64,000 bases of DNA from Yuukianura sp. NJ FZ-2021 (GCA_046563655.1 CM102288.1:1054001-1118000), one strand, 5' to 3'. Counted from the first letter of the stretch, positions 51,801 to 60,730 are shown. Translations and numbers: made by a program. Notes: generated by a model from the letters alone, not told the origin.

Positions 51801-53306
51801 AATTTATATGTTCATAATTTATTTCATTTAATGAAAATATGTCAGAAATTAATTTTATTATATTTTTTTTTTTTTTTTTAGGGAAAAGCAATGAGTTTAG
51901 CGCTTCCCGTCGGAGATTTTCGTTGGCTGACTCAGGCTCAAATGGATAAAATTTTGGGAGATATTGACGGTTTCATTGCGGAAACAGACAGATTGAAGGA
52001 TACTGGGTATTTACTAGAGGTTGACCTGGAAATTGACCCAGAACTCCATGATCAGCTTAATGATTATCCTCCAGCTCCTACTGCAAGAACTGTTACACTG
52101 GATGAGCTCTCTGCACATCAGCAGCAACTCATGGAAGACCTCAACTCTGGGCCCGGTTTGTTCAAAGTGAAAAAACTTGTCGCAGATTTGAACAACAAAA
52201 AAAGCTACATCCTTCATCATGCCATTCTCAAGGAATACTTGGCAATGGGAGTTAAAGTCTCCAAAATTCACAAAGGTATCTCCTTCACACAGCACGCTTG
52301 GATGAAGGACTTTATTGACTTCAATACGGAAATGAGAAAAAAGGCCACCAGTGACTTTGCCAAGGACTTTTGGAAGTTGCTGAACAACTCCGCATTCGGA
52401 AAGACAATCGAGCAAGTCCGTAATCGTCAGAATGTCCGCATTGTCACAACGGTTGAGAAGGCGCTTTACTACAATAAGAAACCTACAGTTCAGAACGTGA
52501 TTCCAATAAATGAAACGACTTGTGTCTTTATGATGAAGAAGCTCCAGGTCACACTCAATAAACCAATCTTCACAGGAGTCACGGTACTTGAGCTAGCCAA
52601 GAGCATCATGTATCATCATCACAGGGTTGGCATGCAGGCAAAATATGGAGACAAGTGCCGCTTGATATACACCGATACTGGTAAGTATAAACTACTTTTA
52701 GTTTTTGTCAAAATTTTTTACACTAAATGTAAAAACAATTTTTTCCTTGCAGATTCATTCATTTATCACATTCAAACCGAGGATGTGTACCAGGACATGT
52801 TCGAAAACAAGGAATTGTATGATATGAGCGAGTATCCAGCCGATCATCCACAATTCGGAAAGTTTCACGACCCTGTCAACAAAAAAGTTCTGGGAAAATT
52901 CAAGGATGAGGCTGCTGGTGCCGTTATCACGCATGTGTACTGTCCAAGACCGAAGATGTACACCATTAGAAGTCTCAAAATCCAGACCGCCAAGTGTGAC
53001 CTCTCCGGAAGAACTATTTATCAAAAGAAGTCGGACGGTTCATGGCTGTTAAAGGATGAGTATACCAAGAAGGCAAAGGGAATTACAAAAACAGCGGTTA
53101 ACGGTCAGGTCAAGTATGAAGACTATGAGCGAGTCCTCAAGGAGAATGTGCAGACTATGGTTACCATGCGTGGTTTCAGAAGCGTCGAACACCGAATTTT
53201 CACAGAAGTAACCATAAAGAAGGCTCTCAACGGATTGGACACGAAGAGATATGCTGTAGATAGTGTTAATACTTTAGCTTTTGGTCATAAAGATATTCCA
53301 AAATAA
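48842..53306 (+). CDS. pPolB: Protein-primed family B DNA polymerase (pPolB), 4 exons, 1410 aa
   Basis: Exons 48842-51599, 51673-51794, 51882-52680 and 52753-53306 total 4233 nt in frame. Motifs: two C2H2 fingers, GSGW, CFLWAVLA, exonuclease YADFE / HNLSSYD / YVRLD, IRGG, DANNLYG, KLLNNSAFGK, YTDTDS, LGKFKDE, PKMY, KKAKG. Confidence 0.96.
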
Positions 53307-53426
53307 TACTTTTAATTAAATCTTTACACTATTATATTTTTATATTTTGTGTTATAAGATTATTAATTGTATATTAAACCAGTAAATTTCTGAAATTGAG
53401 TTTAGTCGTCATTAGTTCTTTGAACC

Positions 53427-54305
53427 ATGCAGGTCTCCTCTCGCTGTGGTAAATTATTTTCGCGTTCAGACGTGTCAAAGCGTCACGAGAAGACATGTTT
53501 CAAATGTTTCTCCATCTCTCCCACCACCGCCGCCGCCACATCCTGGGTGGTTCCAGCCATCGGTGGAGCAGGCTCCACCGTTGGAGGGAGTTCCACTGCC
53601 GCCGCCACCCCCGCCGCCGCCCTTACCGCCGCCGCCACTCTACTTCAGCATCCACGGTCGGGAGACGATATTGACTTGCAACTTGTGGCACCGTTTACAA
53701 TGTGTGTGAGCGGAATGACAAACACAGGCAAAAGCACGCTTGTCAAAGAAATTTTGATTCGAAGAAACGAAGTTGTAAAAACTTCAACTGGAATTGCAAA
53801 TGTAACTTATTGTTACACAGAGTGGCAGTCTGGGCTATTTGGAGAACTAAAAGCAAAAATTCCTGGCATTCAGTTTGTTCATGGACTGCCAGAGAAATGG
53901 CATGATGGTACTGACAGACCGTCAATTATGGTTCTGGATGATTTAATGCATGAAGCTGGGAAGAAGGGAGAGGTTGGAGCAGCCTTCACGAGAACTTCTC
54001 ATCACAGAAATGTGTCTCTGATTATTTTGGTTCAGAATTTTTTTCATAAGAATTTGAGAGAAATTACACTCAACTGTCAGTATTTGGTTCTCATGAAGAA
54101 TCCTCGAGACTCTGCGTTTGTTTCATGCCTTGGACGACAAATGAATGGAGGAAAAAAGAACGCTACAATGGATCTGGCTTACAAGGAGAGCATGGCAAAG
54201 CCCTACGGCTATCTTTTAATTGATCTGACTCAATCACAAAAGGACGACTATCGAATTAGGAGTAGCATTTTTCCCGAAAATTGTTATGTTTATGTCAATG
54301 AATAA
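53427..54305 (+). CDS. Genome-packaging ATPase (FtsK/HerA, A32-like)
   Basis: Walker A GMTNTGKS, Walker B IMVLDDLM, SHHRNVSLIILVQNFF, KNPRD, PYGYLLIDL. Low-complexity Ala-rich N-terminal extension. Confidence 0.93.
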   Translation: MQVSSRCGKLFSRSDVSKRHEKTCFKCFSISPTTAAATSWVVPAIGGAGSTVGGSSTAAATPAAALTAAATLLQHPRSGDDIDLQLVAPFTMCVSGMTNTGKSTLVKEILIRRNEVVKTSTGIANVTYCYTEWQSGLFGELKAKIPGIQFVHGLPEKWHDGTDRPSIMVLDDLMHEAGKKGEVGAAFTRTSHHRNVSLIILVQNFFHKNLREITLNCQYLVLMKNPRDSAFVSCLGRQMNGGKKNATMDLAYKESMAKPYGYLLIDLTQSQKDDYRIRSSIFPENCYVYVNE

Positions 54306-54380
54306 ATAAAATTCAAAAACAAAATTTTGTGTATTTCGAGTTGATTTATTCAAACATTTTTTTTTAAAATATAGTGTATT

Positions 54381-54557
54381 TTACAATTCAGTAACTAAAA
54401 TAGTTTTAGTATGTTGTTTGTTGGTTGATCCTCGTCTTGCAGTGGTTGAACAGCACATGCAGCTGATCTTGTTTTCGTCACAGACGGAGATGGCGGGATC
54501 TTCTTTGCCTGCAAACATCTTGGTCAAAAAGTATTCACAAACTTTAAAAAAGCACAT
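54381..54557 (-). CDS. Small Cys-rich ORF (58 aa), below the ORF-track cutoff
   Basis: MCFFKVCEYFLTKMFAGKEDPAISVCDENKISCMCCSTTARRGSTNKQHTKTILVTEL*. Fills the gap between the integrase and ATPase genes. Confidence 0.4.
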   Translation of the reverse strand: MCFFKVCEYFLTKMFAGKEDPAISVCDENKISCMCCSTTARRGSTNKQHTKTILVTEL

Positions 54558-54581
54558 GTTTACTTGTCTCTCTCTGAATCG

Positions 54582-55593
54582 CTACTGATCCAATTTCAAC
54601 AGCTGCTTGTCGTAAAAACTACCCAAAATAGGGGTACCCTCAAGGTCTTCTAACTTGTAAACGTATGGATTAGTTGCTATAACTCTCACAATTCGATAAA
54701 CTTCGTCAATATAGTTTGTCGAGTAGCCCTTTTCAAACGTTTTTTTAATTCTGGCGACAAGGACGAGGTCGTTTACGTTGAGTTTAGGCTTTTTATAGTC
54801 CACTGCAACTTCCGGGTACAAGTTGCGCCGTACTTCATCCTCATTCCTTTCAGTAACTTTGCACGGCGCCATTTTAATACTTCGATGATATGCATGATTG
54901 TACAGATTTTCAAAATCTGTCAATTTATCAACAAACTTTTTGGTTCTGTTATGTGTCAAGTAGCGCTGAATTTTCATGAATAGTGTGCGGATGAAACGTT
55001 CCACAATCACACATTTTAATGGAGAATGTGTCCAAAATAGTTTGATGTCTTCATGCTTCAGATACGTTTTCATGTGTTGATTAAGAAATTCAGAACCTTT
55101 GTCAACTTGCACTCTCTTTGGCTTTCCACCACTGCGCTCTAAATTTTTTTTAAATGCTGAAAGAACTACTGGTCCTGTCTTGTTTGGAGTTGCTTCGATC
55201 CAGCCTTGTTTTGAAAAAGCGTCAATAACCACCAACAAATACCTAGAAAACAAATTCGAGTTTTTTTTTTTTTTTTTTTTAAAAACCCTAACCTAACCTA
55301 ACCCAACCTAACCTAACCTAACCTTACCTTTTTTTGTTATTGGCTCCCGACATGTTTTGAATGTCCTTCAAGTCTGCACAATACTGTTCATGCATGCCTC
55401 CAACATAAACTCTCCGACGTGGAAACCGATATCGAACTGGACGATGGAGTTAATAACTTGGAATTTGCTTCAAAATTTTCTTGACGCGGTGTGGAGACGC
55501 CTTAGTGTTTGAATCTTTTTGAAACCCAAATGCTCCAGAAAAACTTCCAGGTAGTAAAGTGTTTAACCATCGTTGTTTCAGATCGGTGTCCAT
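54582..55593 (-). pseudogene. Retroviral-like (RVE/DDE) integrase, 2 exons, with an in-frame TAA at codon 48
   Basis: Exons 55593-55328 and 55242-54582. PGSFSG...SY*LHRPVRYRFPRR...QYCADL...RYLLVVIDAFSK...QVDKGSEF...VERFIRT...TFEKGY. The stop is at 55452-55450. Confidence 0.88.
55287..55321. repeat. (CCTAA/TTAGG)7 tract inside the integrase intron
   Basis: CCTAA x3, CCCAA, CCTAA x3, abutting the splice donor. A T20 run is adjacent (55261-55280). Confidence 0.9.
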
Positions 55594-55658
55594 GGTGGAA
55601 ATGAAATAAAAGGACGCTGCACAGTTCAATTTGTATCATTCAGTCTCTAGCAATCAAA

Positions 55659-55994
55659 ATGGCTGGAAGCAAAATCAACAAACATCTTAATTTTCTCAAA
55701 AACTTGAATTCTCGCTCTGAAAAGAAACGATCTTTGCATTTAAATAGTGCGAGTCCAGAACAAATTCGAGCTATTTGCGAATGTGCACACAACGTGTACA
55801 ATGGACGTTTAGTGATCCCACCAAAAGCTATAAAACGACTCATTCCTCACAAAGATCACATCAGACGTCTGATTGCACGCAGAGGAAAAGCAGATCATAA
55901 GCGCCGTCTTCTTGTCCAACAGGGTGGATTTCTACCATTGCTACTTGGTGCAGCAATTCCAGTATTAGGAGAACTTTTAGGTAAACTTTTATAA
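55659..55994 (+). CDS. Conserved small basic Polinton virion protein with a QxGG site and C-terminal amphipathic peptide
   Basis: ICECAHNVYNG...HKDHIRRL...LLVQQGG|FLPLLLGAAIPVLGELLGKLL. The pattern is typical of Maverick core proteins and resembles the adenovirus pX C-terminus. Confidence 0.8.
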   Translation: MAGSKINKHLNFLKNLNSRSEKKRSLHLNSASPEQIRAICECAHNVYNGRLVIPPKAIKRLIPHKDHIRRLIARRGKADHKRRLLVQQGGFLPLLLGAAIPVLGELLGKLL

Positions 55995-55996
55995 CC

Positions 55997-56653
55997 ATGC
56001 CCACGAAATACAAAGTCATTAGTGATGAAGACTTTGAGCGCCTAATGACTCAAACTTCTAAACCAACTGAAATCGGCAGACTCGAGAGTGAAAAAAATCA
56101 GTTGCTCAATATTAAAGATTCGGAAGAAATTCAAAACAAGTTACTTCAAGACGTTTTACGACGATTGGCAGACAAGAAGAAACGCGAAAAAACAGAAAGT
56201 ATTGTTAAATCCGTGCCTGAGCCGTCCGTGTCATCAGTGGACATCCCGCCCAGTCCATCGCCAGTTGAGAAATTTGACTTTGGTGGTCGTACAAGGCTTG
56301 GAGTTCATCTTTTGCAGTTTTTTATTGACAATGGAACCACACTAGCCTCAGGAATTGTAAACTTTGACGGTGGATCACTACCAATTTCTACATTTGATTC
56401 AATACTTAAAAAACTGTCAAATGGAAGATGCAAAATTTCAAAGGATGAACTCGAACCAATAAAAAACTTTTTAACCTCAAAAAGATTTCCATTGTCTATC
56501 CTACCCAAAGCACACCTCCATCTCTTTACGGGAGAAGACTCTGACGTGGCTACTCCTGGAAAAAATCGAAAAAGCATGCACAAATCTCGGAAACGAGCTC
56601 GAGTGGATGACAGCTTTCTGGACGAATGGAAGACCCCACCGAATTGGAAATAA
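55997..56653 (+). CDS. Polinton hypothetical protein (218 aa)
   Basis: Intact ORF starting 2 nt after the upstream stop. Basic C-terminus ending in W-x5-WK; AATAAA at the stop. Confidence 0.7.
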   Translation: MPTKYKVISDEDFERLMTQTSKPTEIGRLESEKNQLLNIKDSEEIQNKLLQDVLRRLADKKKREKTESIVKSVPEPSVSSVDIPPSPSPVEKFDFGGRTRLGVHLLQFFIDNGTTLASGIVNFDGGSLPISTFDSILKKLSNGRCKISKDELEPIKNFLTSKRFPLSILPKAHLHLFTGEDSDVATPGKNRKSMHKSRKRARVDDSFLDEWKTPPNWK

Positions 56654-56675
56654 ATTTAAATACAACAACAAAAAT

Positions 56676-57200
56676 TTACAATTTTATACAACATTGATTT
56701 ATTATTTTGTGTTTAAATTTACAATTTGAATTCAATAAAGGATTTTTTAATATTACAAATTTGCGTACTTTTTTATCATTTAATTGTTTATTGGGAGAAA
56801 AGTGACAGTAAGTAGATAGAATACAACAGCCATGCATCATTTTATACAAAAAGTAGATTGCATATTGCCCACAAACATTAGAGTCAAGGGCTTGCAATGG
56901 TCTAGTATTTTCCAAAATTTTACAAGAAAACTTATTTACAAAATTTCTAAAGTCAATAGGGTAAAAATCCAGTCCAAGTCCATAAGAGCAAAAGAAGATG
57001 ATTGGTCCAGTTCTGCCTCCAATGTAGATTGCCACCCAATGTTCTCCAGGATGATCAGAAGGCTTGTTATTTACAACCAAGTAGGCTGGAAAGTGAGCAA
57101 TTGTTAGCTTTCCAAGTAGGTCGCATGGTATTACATTGAAATATGCTCTTGTTCCGCGAGTCATATTTGACAAAAACTTGTAAATTTGTGTGGTGTCCAT
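56676..57200 (-). CDS. Adenain-like (C5) maturation cysteine protease
   Basis: VVNNKPSDHPGEHWVAIY...FFCSYG...LQALDSNVCGQYAIYFLY...NDKKV. Confidence 0.9.
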   Translation of the reverse strand: MDTTQIYKFLSNMTRGTRAYFNVIPCDLLGKLTIAHFPAYLVVNNKPSDHPGEHWVAIYIGGRTGPIIFFCSYGLGLDFYPIDFRNFVNKFSCKILENTRPLQALDSNVCGQYAIYFLYKMMHGCCILSTYCHFSPNKQLNDKKVRKFVILKNPLLNSNCKFKHKIINQCCIKL

Positions 57201-58501
57201 TAGTGTGAATAGTCTTTGAAAAACACGTTCTTTCCTTCGTCAATATACAGAGTAGATTGAAAGTCAGCGTGACAGACAACGTTCCAAGCCTCAGTGGTAG
57301 GTTTTGCAAACTGAACGACGATTTTTATACTTCCGTGTCTTGGGGGACAGTAGCCTTGATTCATGTTTCTGAGGTTAAAAATGAAAAACGCCTTTCCATT
57401 TGTAAACTCGGAAAGGCTAATAGCAGGTCCTTCATTGCTAGCACACAGTCCAAGACCGCTAAACATTCCATAGTATGCTTCAGAAACTCGAACATCGCCA
57501 TCACTGTTGTACTGGTAAACCTGATGATAAAGTTGTTCTCCGTTTGCTGTGACGGAAATTTGTCTCAATTCTGGAGGATTAAAGTCAAATGGATTTGTAG
57601 TCAGAGTTCCGTTCATTTTTTCACTTTGAACTAGGCAAAGTATAATTCTGTCAGGAAGTAGTCCATTAATCAAGTTTTCATTCACATTTGACACAGTGCC
57701 AAGGGGCAAGCTGTACGTTTTCATCTCGATCCGTCTCATTGGGTAGCATGCCGGCTGACCATTAGCCCACATTTTCAAATGACAATTCAAAATATTCGGT
57801 AACAGAGTATGTTTTTTAACTAAAAGTCTGGCTTCAGTAATATTGATTTTGTAGCGATTTGTATTGTCTGCCTGAGAGTGGAGTGCAAATTCTTCGGTGG
57901 AGCGGTTGAAAGTAACTCTAATGTCGATTCCAGGAAGCAAGTAGCGAGTTTGGGCAAAGATGTCAGCAAACGGTCGTCCAATCATGTCCAAGCCCTTGGC
58001 TGCTAATTCTTGTCTCTTTTTGTGGGAAGTGTCAGTGTCACTCAAATTCTCTTCCTCTCTCAAGTAAAGAGCAGTAACTGCTTGTGTATCCTTGTAGTCT
58101 CCTCCATATGCAAGCACAGTCTCAATATAGGCCCGATACGGATAGAGTGACATGGTTGGAGTAATTTGTGTTTCATTTAGAAACACAGAGCACTGCTGAA
58201 ACAAGGAATGTAAAAAGTTGTTGACTGGAGCGATTCGCATGGTGGCTCTCTCGTCCATTTTATCACTATTTGCTTTTGAAATCTTGCAGCCAACATATAG
58301 CAAAGTTTCACTTAAATCAACATAGTGAACGTCATTTCCTTTGATTTGAAAAGAAATTGGACCTCCATTTTCATTTAATGCTGACAATGGATGGTACTCA
58401 AACATTCCACTACTTTGAAGACTAACGTCCATTTCTGGTTCACTAAATATATCGGTTTCACTTCTAACTACTTCTGGGTGAGGAGCGTGTTTGGAACTCA
58501 T
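57200..58501 (-). CDS. Major capsid protein (double jelly-roll; Polinton PY)
   Basis: EYHPLS...PISFQI...YVDLSETLLY, PVNNFLHSLFQQCSVFLN...YPYRAYIETVLAY, DIFAQTRYLLPGIDIRV, LPDRII, NPFDF. 433 aa. Confidence 0.92.
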   Translation of the reverse strand: MSSKHAPHPEVVRSETDIFSEPEMDVSLQSSGMFEYHPLSALNENGGPISFQIKGNDVHYVDLSETLLYVGCKISKANSDKMDERATMRIAPVNNFLHSLFQQCSVFLNETQITPTMSLYPYRAYIETVLAYGGDYKDTQAVTALYLREEENLSDTDTSHKKRQELAAKGLDMIGRPFADIFAQTRYLLPGIDIRVTFNRSTEEFALHSQADNTNRYKINITEARLLVKKHTLLPNILNCHLKMWANGQPACYPMRRIEMKTYSLPLGTVSNVNENLINGLLPDRIILCLVQSEKMNGTLTTNPFDFNPPELRQISVTANGEQLYHQVYQYNSDGDVRVSEAYYGMFSGLGLCASNEGPAISLSEFTNGKAFFIFNLRNMNQGYCPPRHGSIKIVVQFAKPTTEAWNVVCHADFQSTLYIDEGKNVFFKDYSH

Positions 58502-58924
58502 TGTTCTTCAAATATATTTCTTGGCCTTTTTTCTTGAGAGCGTTTTTTGGTTTTCGTTTTTGCTTCCTCTTCCTTGAACGTCCAGATCCTGACTGAGTAG
58601 AAAGAATACCGTCTGCAACGCCTTTAAGTACTCCCTTCCAAGCGGTCGAACCGTGTTCAGAAATAGCTTCCTTGACGGATTTTTTCCACCAATCACGTCA
58701 GAAGCTATACCAGCAACAGCAGTTTTAGCATGAGGCATTAAATATTTTGTCACATATGGCAAAACTTTTCGAAAAATTGAGCCAAAAATTCCACCAATTC
58801 CGTGACCACGCTGACGAAATTGATTGGCTTTGAAGAATACAGCTCCGTCTGATCCAACAGCTCCTCCACGCTGGGGATTATAAATTCTAAAGAAATCGTC
58901 CTCGCTCAAGTTGCATTTGTACAT
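58498..58924 (-). CDS. Conserved Polinton virion protein (QRGxG-GIG-amphipathic helix family), apparently frameshifted
   Basis: YNPQRGG...FRQRGHGIGGIFGSIFRKVLPY...ASDVIGG. The expected continuation (KSVKEA...QSGSGRSRKRK) lies in the -1 frame after the A6 run at 58685-58680. Confidence 0.75.
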
Positions 58925-58989
58925 CTTGACAGTTTGACGTTTGAAAAGTTAATGATTGATAATTTTTGAGAGCGCTGTTTTTATACCCC

Positions 58990-59691
58990 TCAGTATCGCT
59001 TCCGTCGAAAGTGTAGAGTGGCAGAGAAAGTTCCAACCGTGAATAATGGTGGATCGCCAGATTCCGTCATGATGTACATCCAAATATGATCAATATCGTC
59101 AAATACAACGTCCACGTATTGAAGATGTTGAAATGATCGGGTCACGACCTTCTTGTGTTCGCCCGTATTTGAAATTTTTCTCAATAGTGGGGCAAGGTCA
59201 CCGCCGACGCGTTGGTTTTCAATTATACTACAGTAAATGAAAAGTTGTGTGTGTCCACTCGGCTCAAAAACCTCGTACTCAAAGCTCTGTTTTCCCTCAT
59301 CAAATCCGAGAATTCTAGCTGCCTCCTCATTAAGCTTGACAACTGTGTTTGCAGGTTTCTTTTTAAAACTAGCTTTCGAGTTTTTAATTTCAACTTCCAC
59401 AAGATTGTCAGATATACGTTCTGCAAGTTCCTCTGCAGTACGAATCAAGGTAACGTCACCAGAGTTTATTGTGCCCAAATCAAAATAAGAATTATCAACT
59501 TGTCTAAGCCATCCTTCTTTATGTAGCAAATATTCATGATGAACATATGTACACTCCACGAGCGCCACCTCGTATTTAACACCCTCTAATCGAATTGTCT
59601 CTGCAAAATGATTTCTAAAATTTGTAATTGTGTTCTCTGGATAGTGATTTGAAGAAGAATCACTCTGCAGAGTTACGTAAAAGTCTCCCAT
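58990..59691 (-). CDS. Minor capsid protein (penton; Polinton PX)
   Basis: FYVTLQSDSS...YPENTITNFR...YEVALVE, LFIYCSIIENQRVGGDLAPLLR, QYVDV, TLHFRR. An alternative ATG is at 59715. Confidence 0.9.
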   Translation of the reverse strand: MGDFYVTLQSDSSSNHYPENTITNFRNHFAETIRLEGVKYEVALVECTYVHHEYLLHKEGWLRQVDNSYFDLGTINSGDVTLIRTAEELAERISDNLVEVEIKNSKASFKKKPANTVVKLNEEAARILGFDEGKQSFEYEVFEPSGHTQLFIYCSIIENQRVGGDLAPLLRKISNTGEHKKVVTRSFQHLQYVDVVFDDIDHIWMYIMTESGDPPLFTVGTFSATLHFRRKRY

Positions 59692-59824
59692 GGCTGCTAG
59701 TTTTAGACTAAACATTTAAAATGAAGAACGAGCGTTTAAATACCTTTTTGGTGGAAGTCAAAAATTTATTTTTAGAATTCTTAAAACTAACAATTTTTAC
59801 AAAACAGAAATGTTAAAAAATTGT

Positions 59825-60241
59825 TTAAAATTTAGTGTCTTCGGCGATCCAGTATTTTCCCTCGACTTCGTCAGAGTCTTCTTCAGGAATTGTATTCAAG
59901 CGGGGCTTGAGAGATTTACGGTTCCAGACAGCTTTGCTCATCGCTTCAGCTACAATGTCCATTTTCGGCTTCTTTGCTTGTTGACCCTTATCAGCGTAGC
60001 GCTCCTTACATTCCAACAGCAATAGTTCAAAGTTAGGCAGCTCGCTTATTGGATTTCCCGTCGAAAGAAAGAAGAGAATCAGCTTTGAAACCAGAAATGG
60101 AATTTCCTTCATTTCGATTGTAGTGTAGTAGCGATCCTTCTTGATAAAGACTTTGTATTCTCCATCTTCCACCTTCCACCAGCATTTGACACGATCTTCA
60201 AGGGTCTTGCTCACGAATCCTGCAGCGTATGCTTCAACCAT
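59825..60241 (-). CDS. Polinton hypothetical protein (138 aa)
   Basis: Intact ORF with its own TATA-like/TCAGT upstream. Shares a motif with the 60731-61582 ORF. Confidence 0.65.
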   Translation of the reverse strand: MVEAYAAGFVSKTLEDRVKCWWKVEDGEYKVFIKKDRYYTTIEMKEIPFLVSKLILFFLSTGNPISELPNFELLLLECKERYADKGQQAKKPKMDIVAEAMSKAVWNRKSLKPRLNTIPEEDSDEVEGKYWIAEDTKF

Positions 60242-60356
60242 TGTAGTACTTGAGGAGTAGTTTTTGAGGAGAAGTTTCAACTGAAGCTGAAATGAGACTG
60301 ATGGTTTGTTGAGCAGACGAGCAGCCTTTTTATCCCAAATTTTCAGGTAGAAGTTT

Positions 60357-60541
60357 GACCCTTTTTTTCTATTTTTAGCAATTCCAACAACTTAAATTTC
60401 TTGGAAAAAGGATTAAACGAACAACTCGAAACGTTTTTCAACAGAAACGACCCTTTTTTCTATATTTAGCAAATCCAACAACTTAAATTTCTTGGAAAAA
60501 GGATTAAACGAACAACTCGAAACGTTTTTCAACAGAAACGA
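60357..60541. repeat. Tandem duplication, 92-bp period
   Basis: GACCCTTTTTT...CCAACAACTTAAATTTCTTGGAAAAAGGATTAAACGAACAACTCGAAACGTTTTTCAACAGAAAC occurs twice. Confidence 0.9.
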
Positions 60542-60730
60542 GTCTTTTCCTAATTCTAGGAAAAATAAACGTTTTTTTTCGACATTGTCTAAAAATAGAA
60601 AGGACTAAAAGTTCAACGACTCTCAAACGACATTCTCAAAATAAAATAACCCAAACAACAGAAAATTTGAAAATGTACAAGTTTGAATTTATTCAAATAC
60701 AAAAACTGCTACTAAAGTAGATTATACAAT

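Noticed and set aside
51600..51890. pPolB as a fragmented pseudogene (three separate ORFs in the track)
   Set aside because: The breaks are canonical GT-AG introns, and their removal restores the frame and all motifs.
54394..54563. Alternative spliced readthrough extension of the integrase (GTAAAC donor at 54563, acceptor at 54509)
   Set aside because: It requires both stop readthrough and a weak 55-bp intron. The unspliced 58-aa ORF is the simpler reading.
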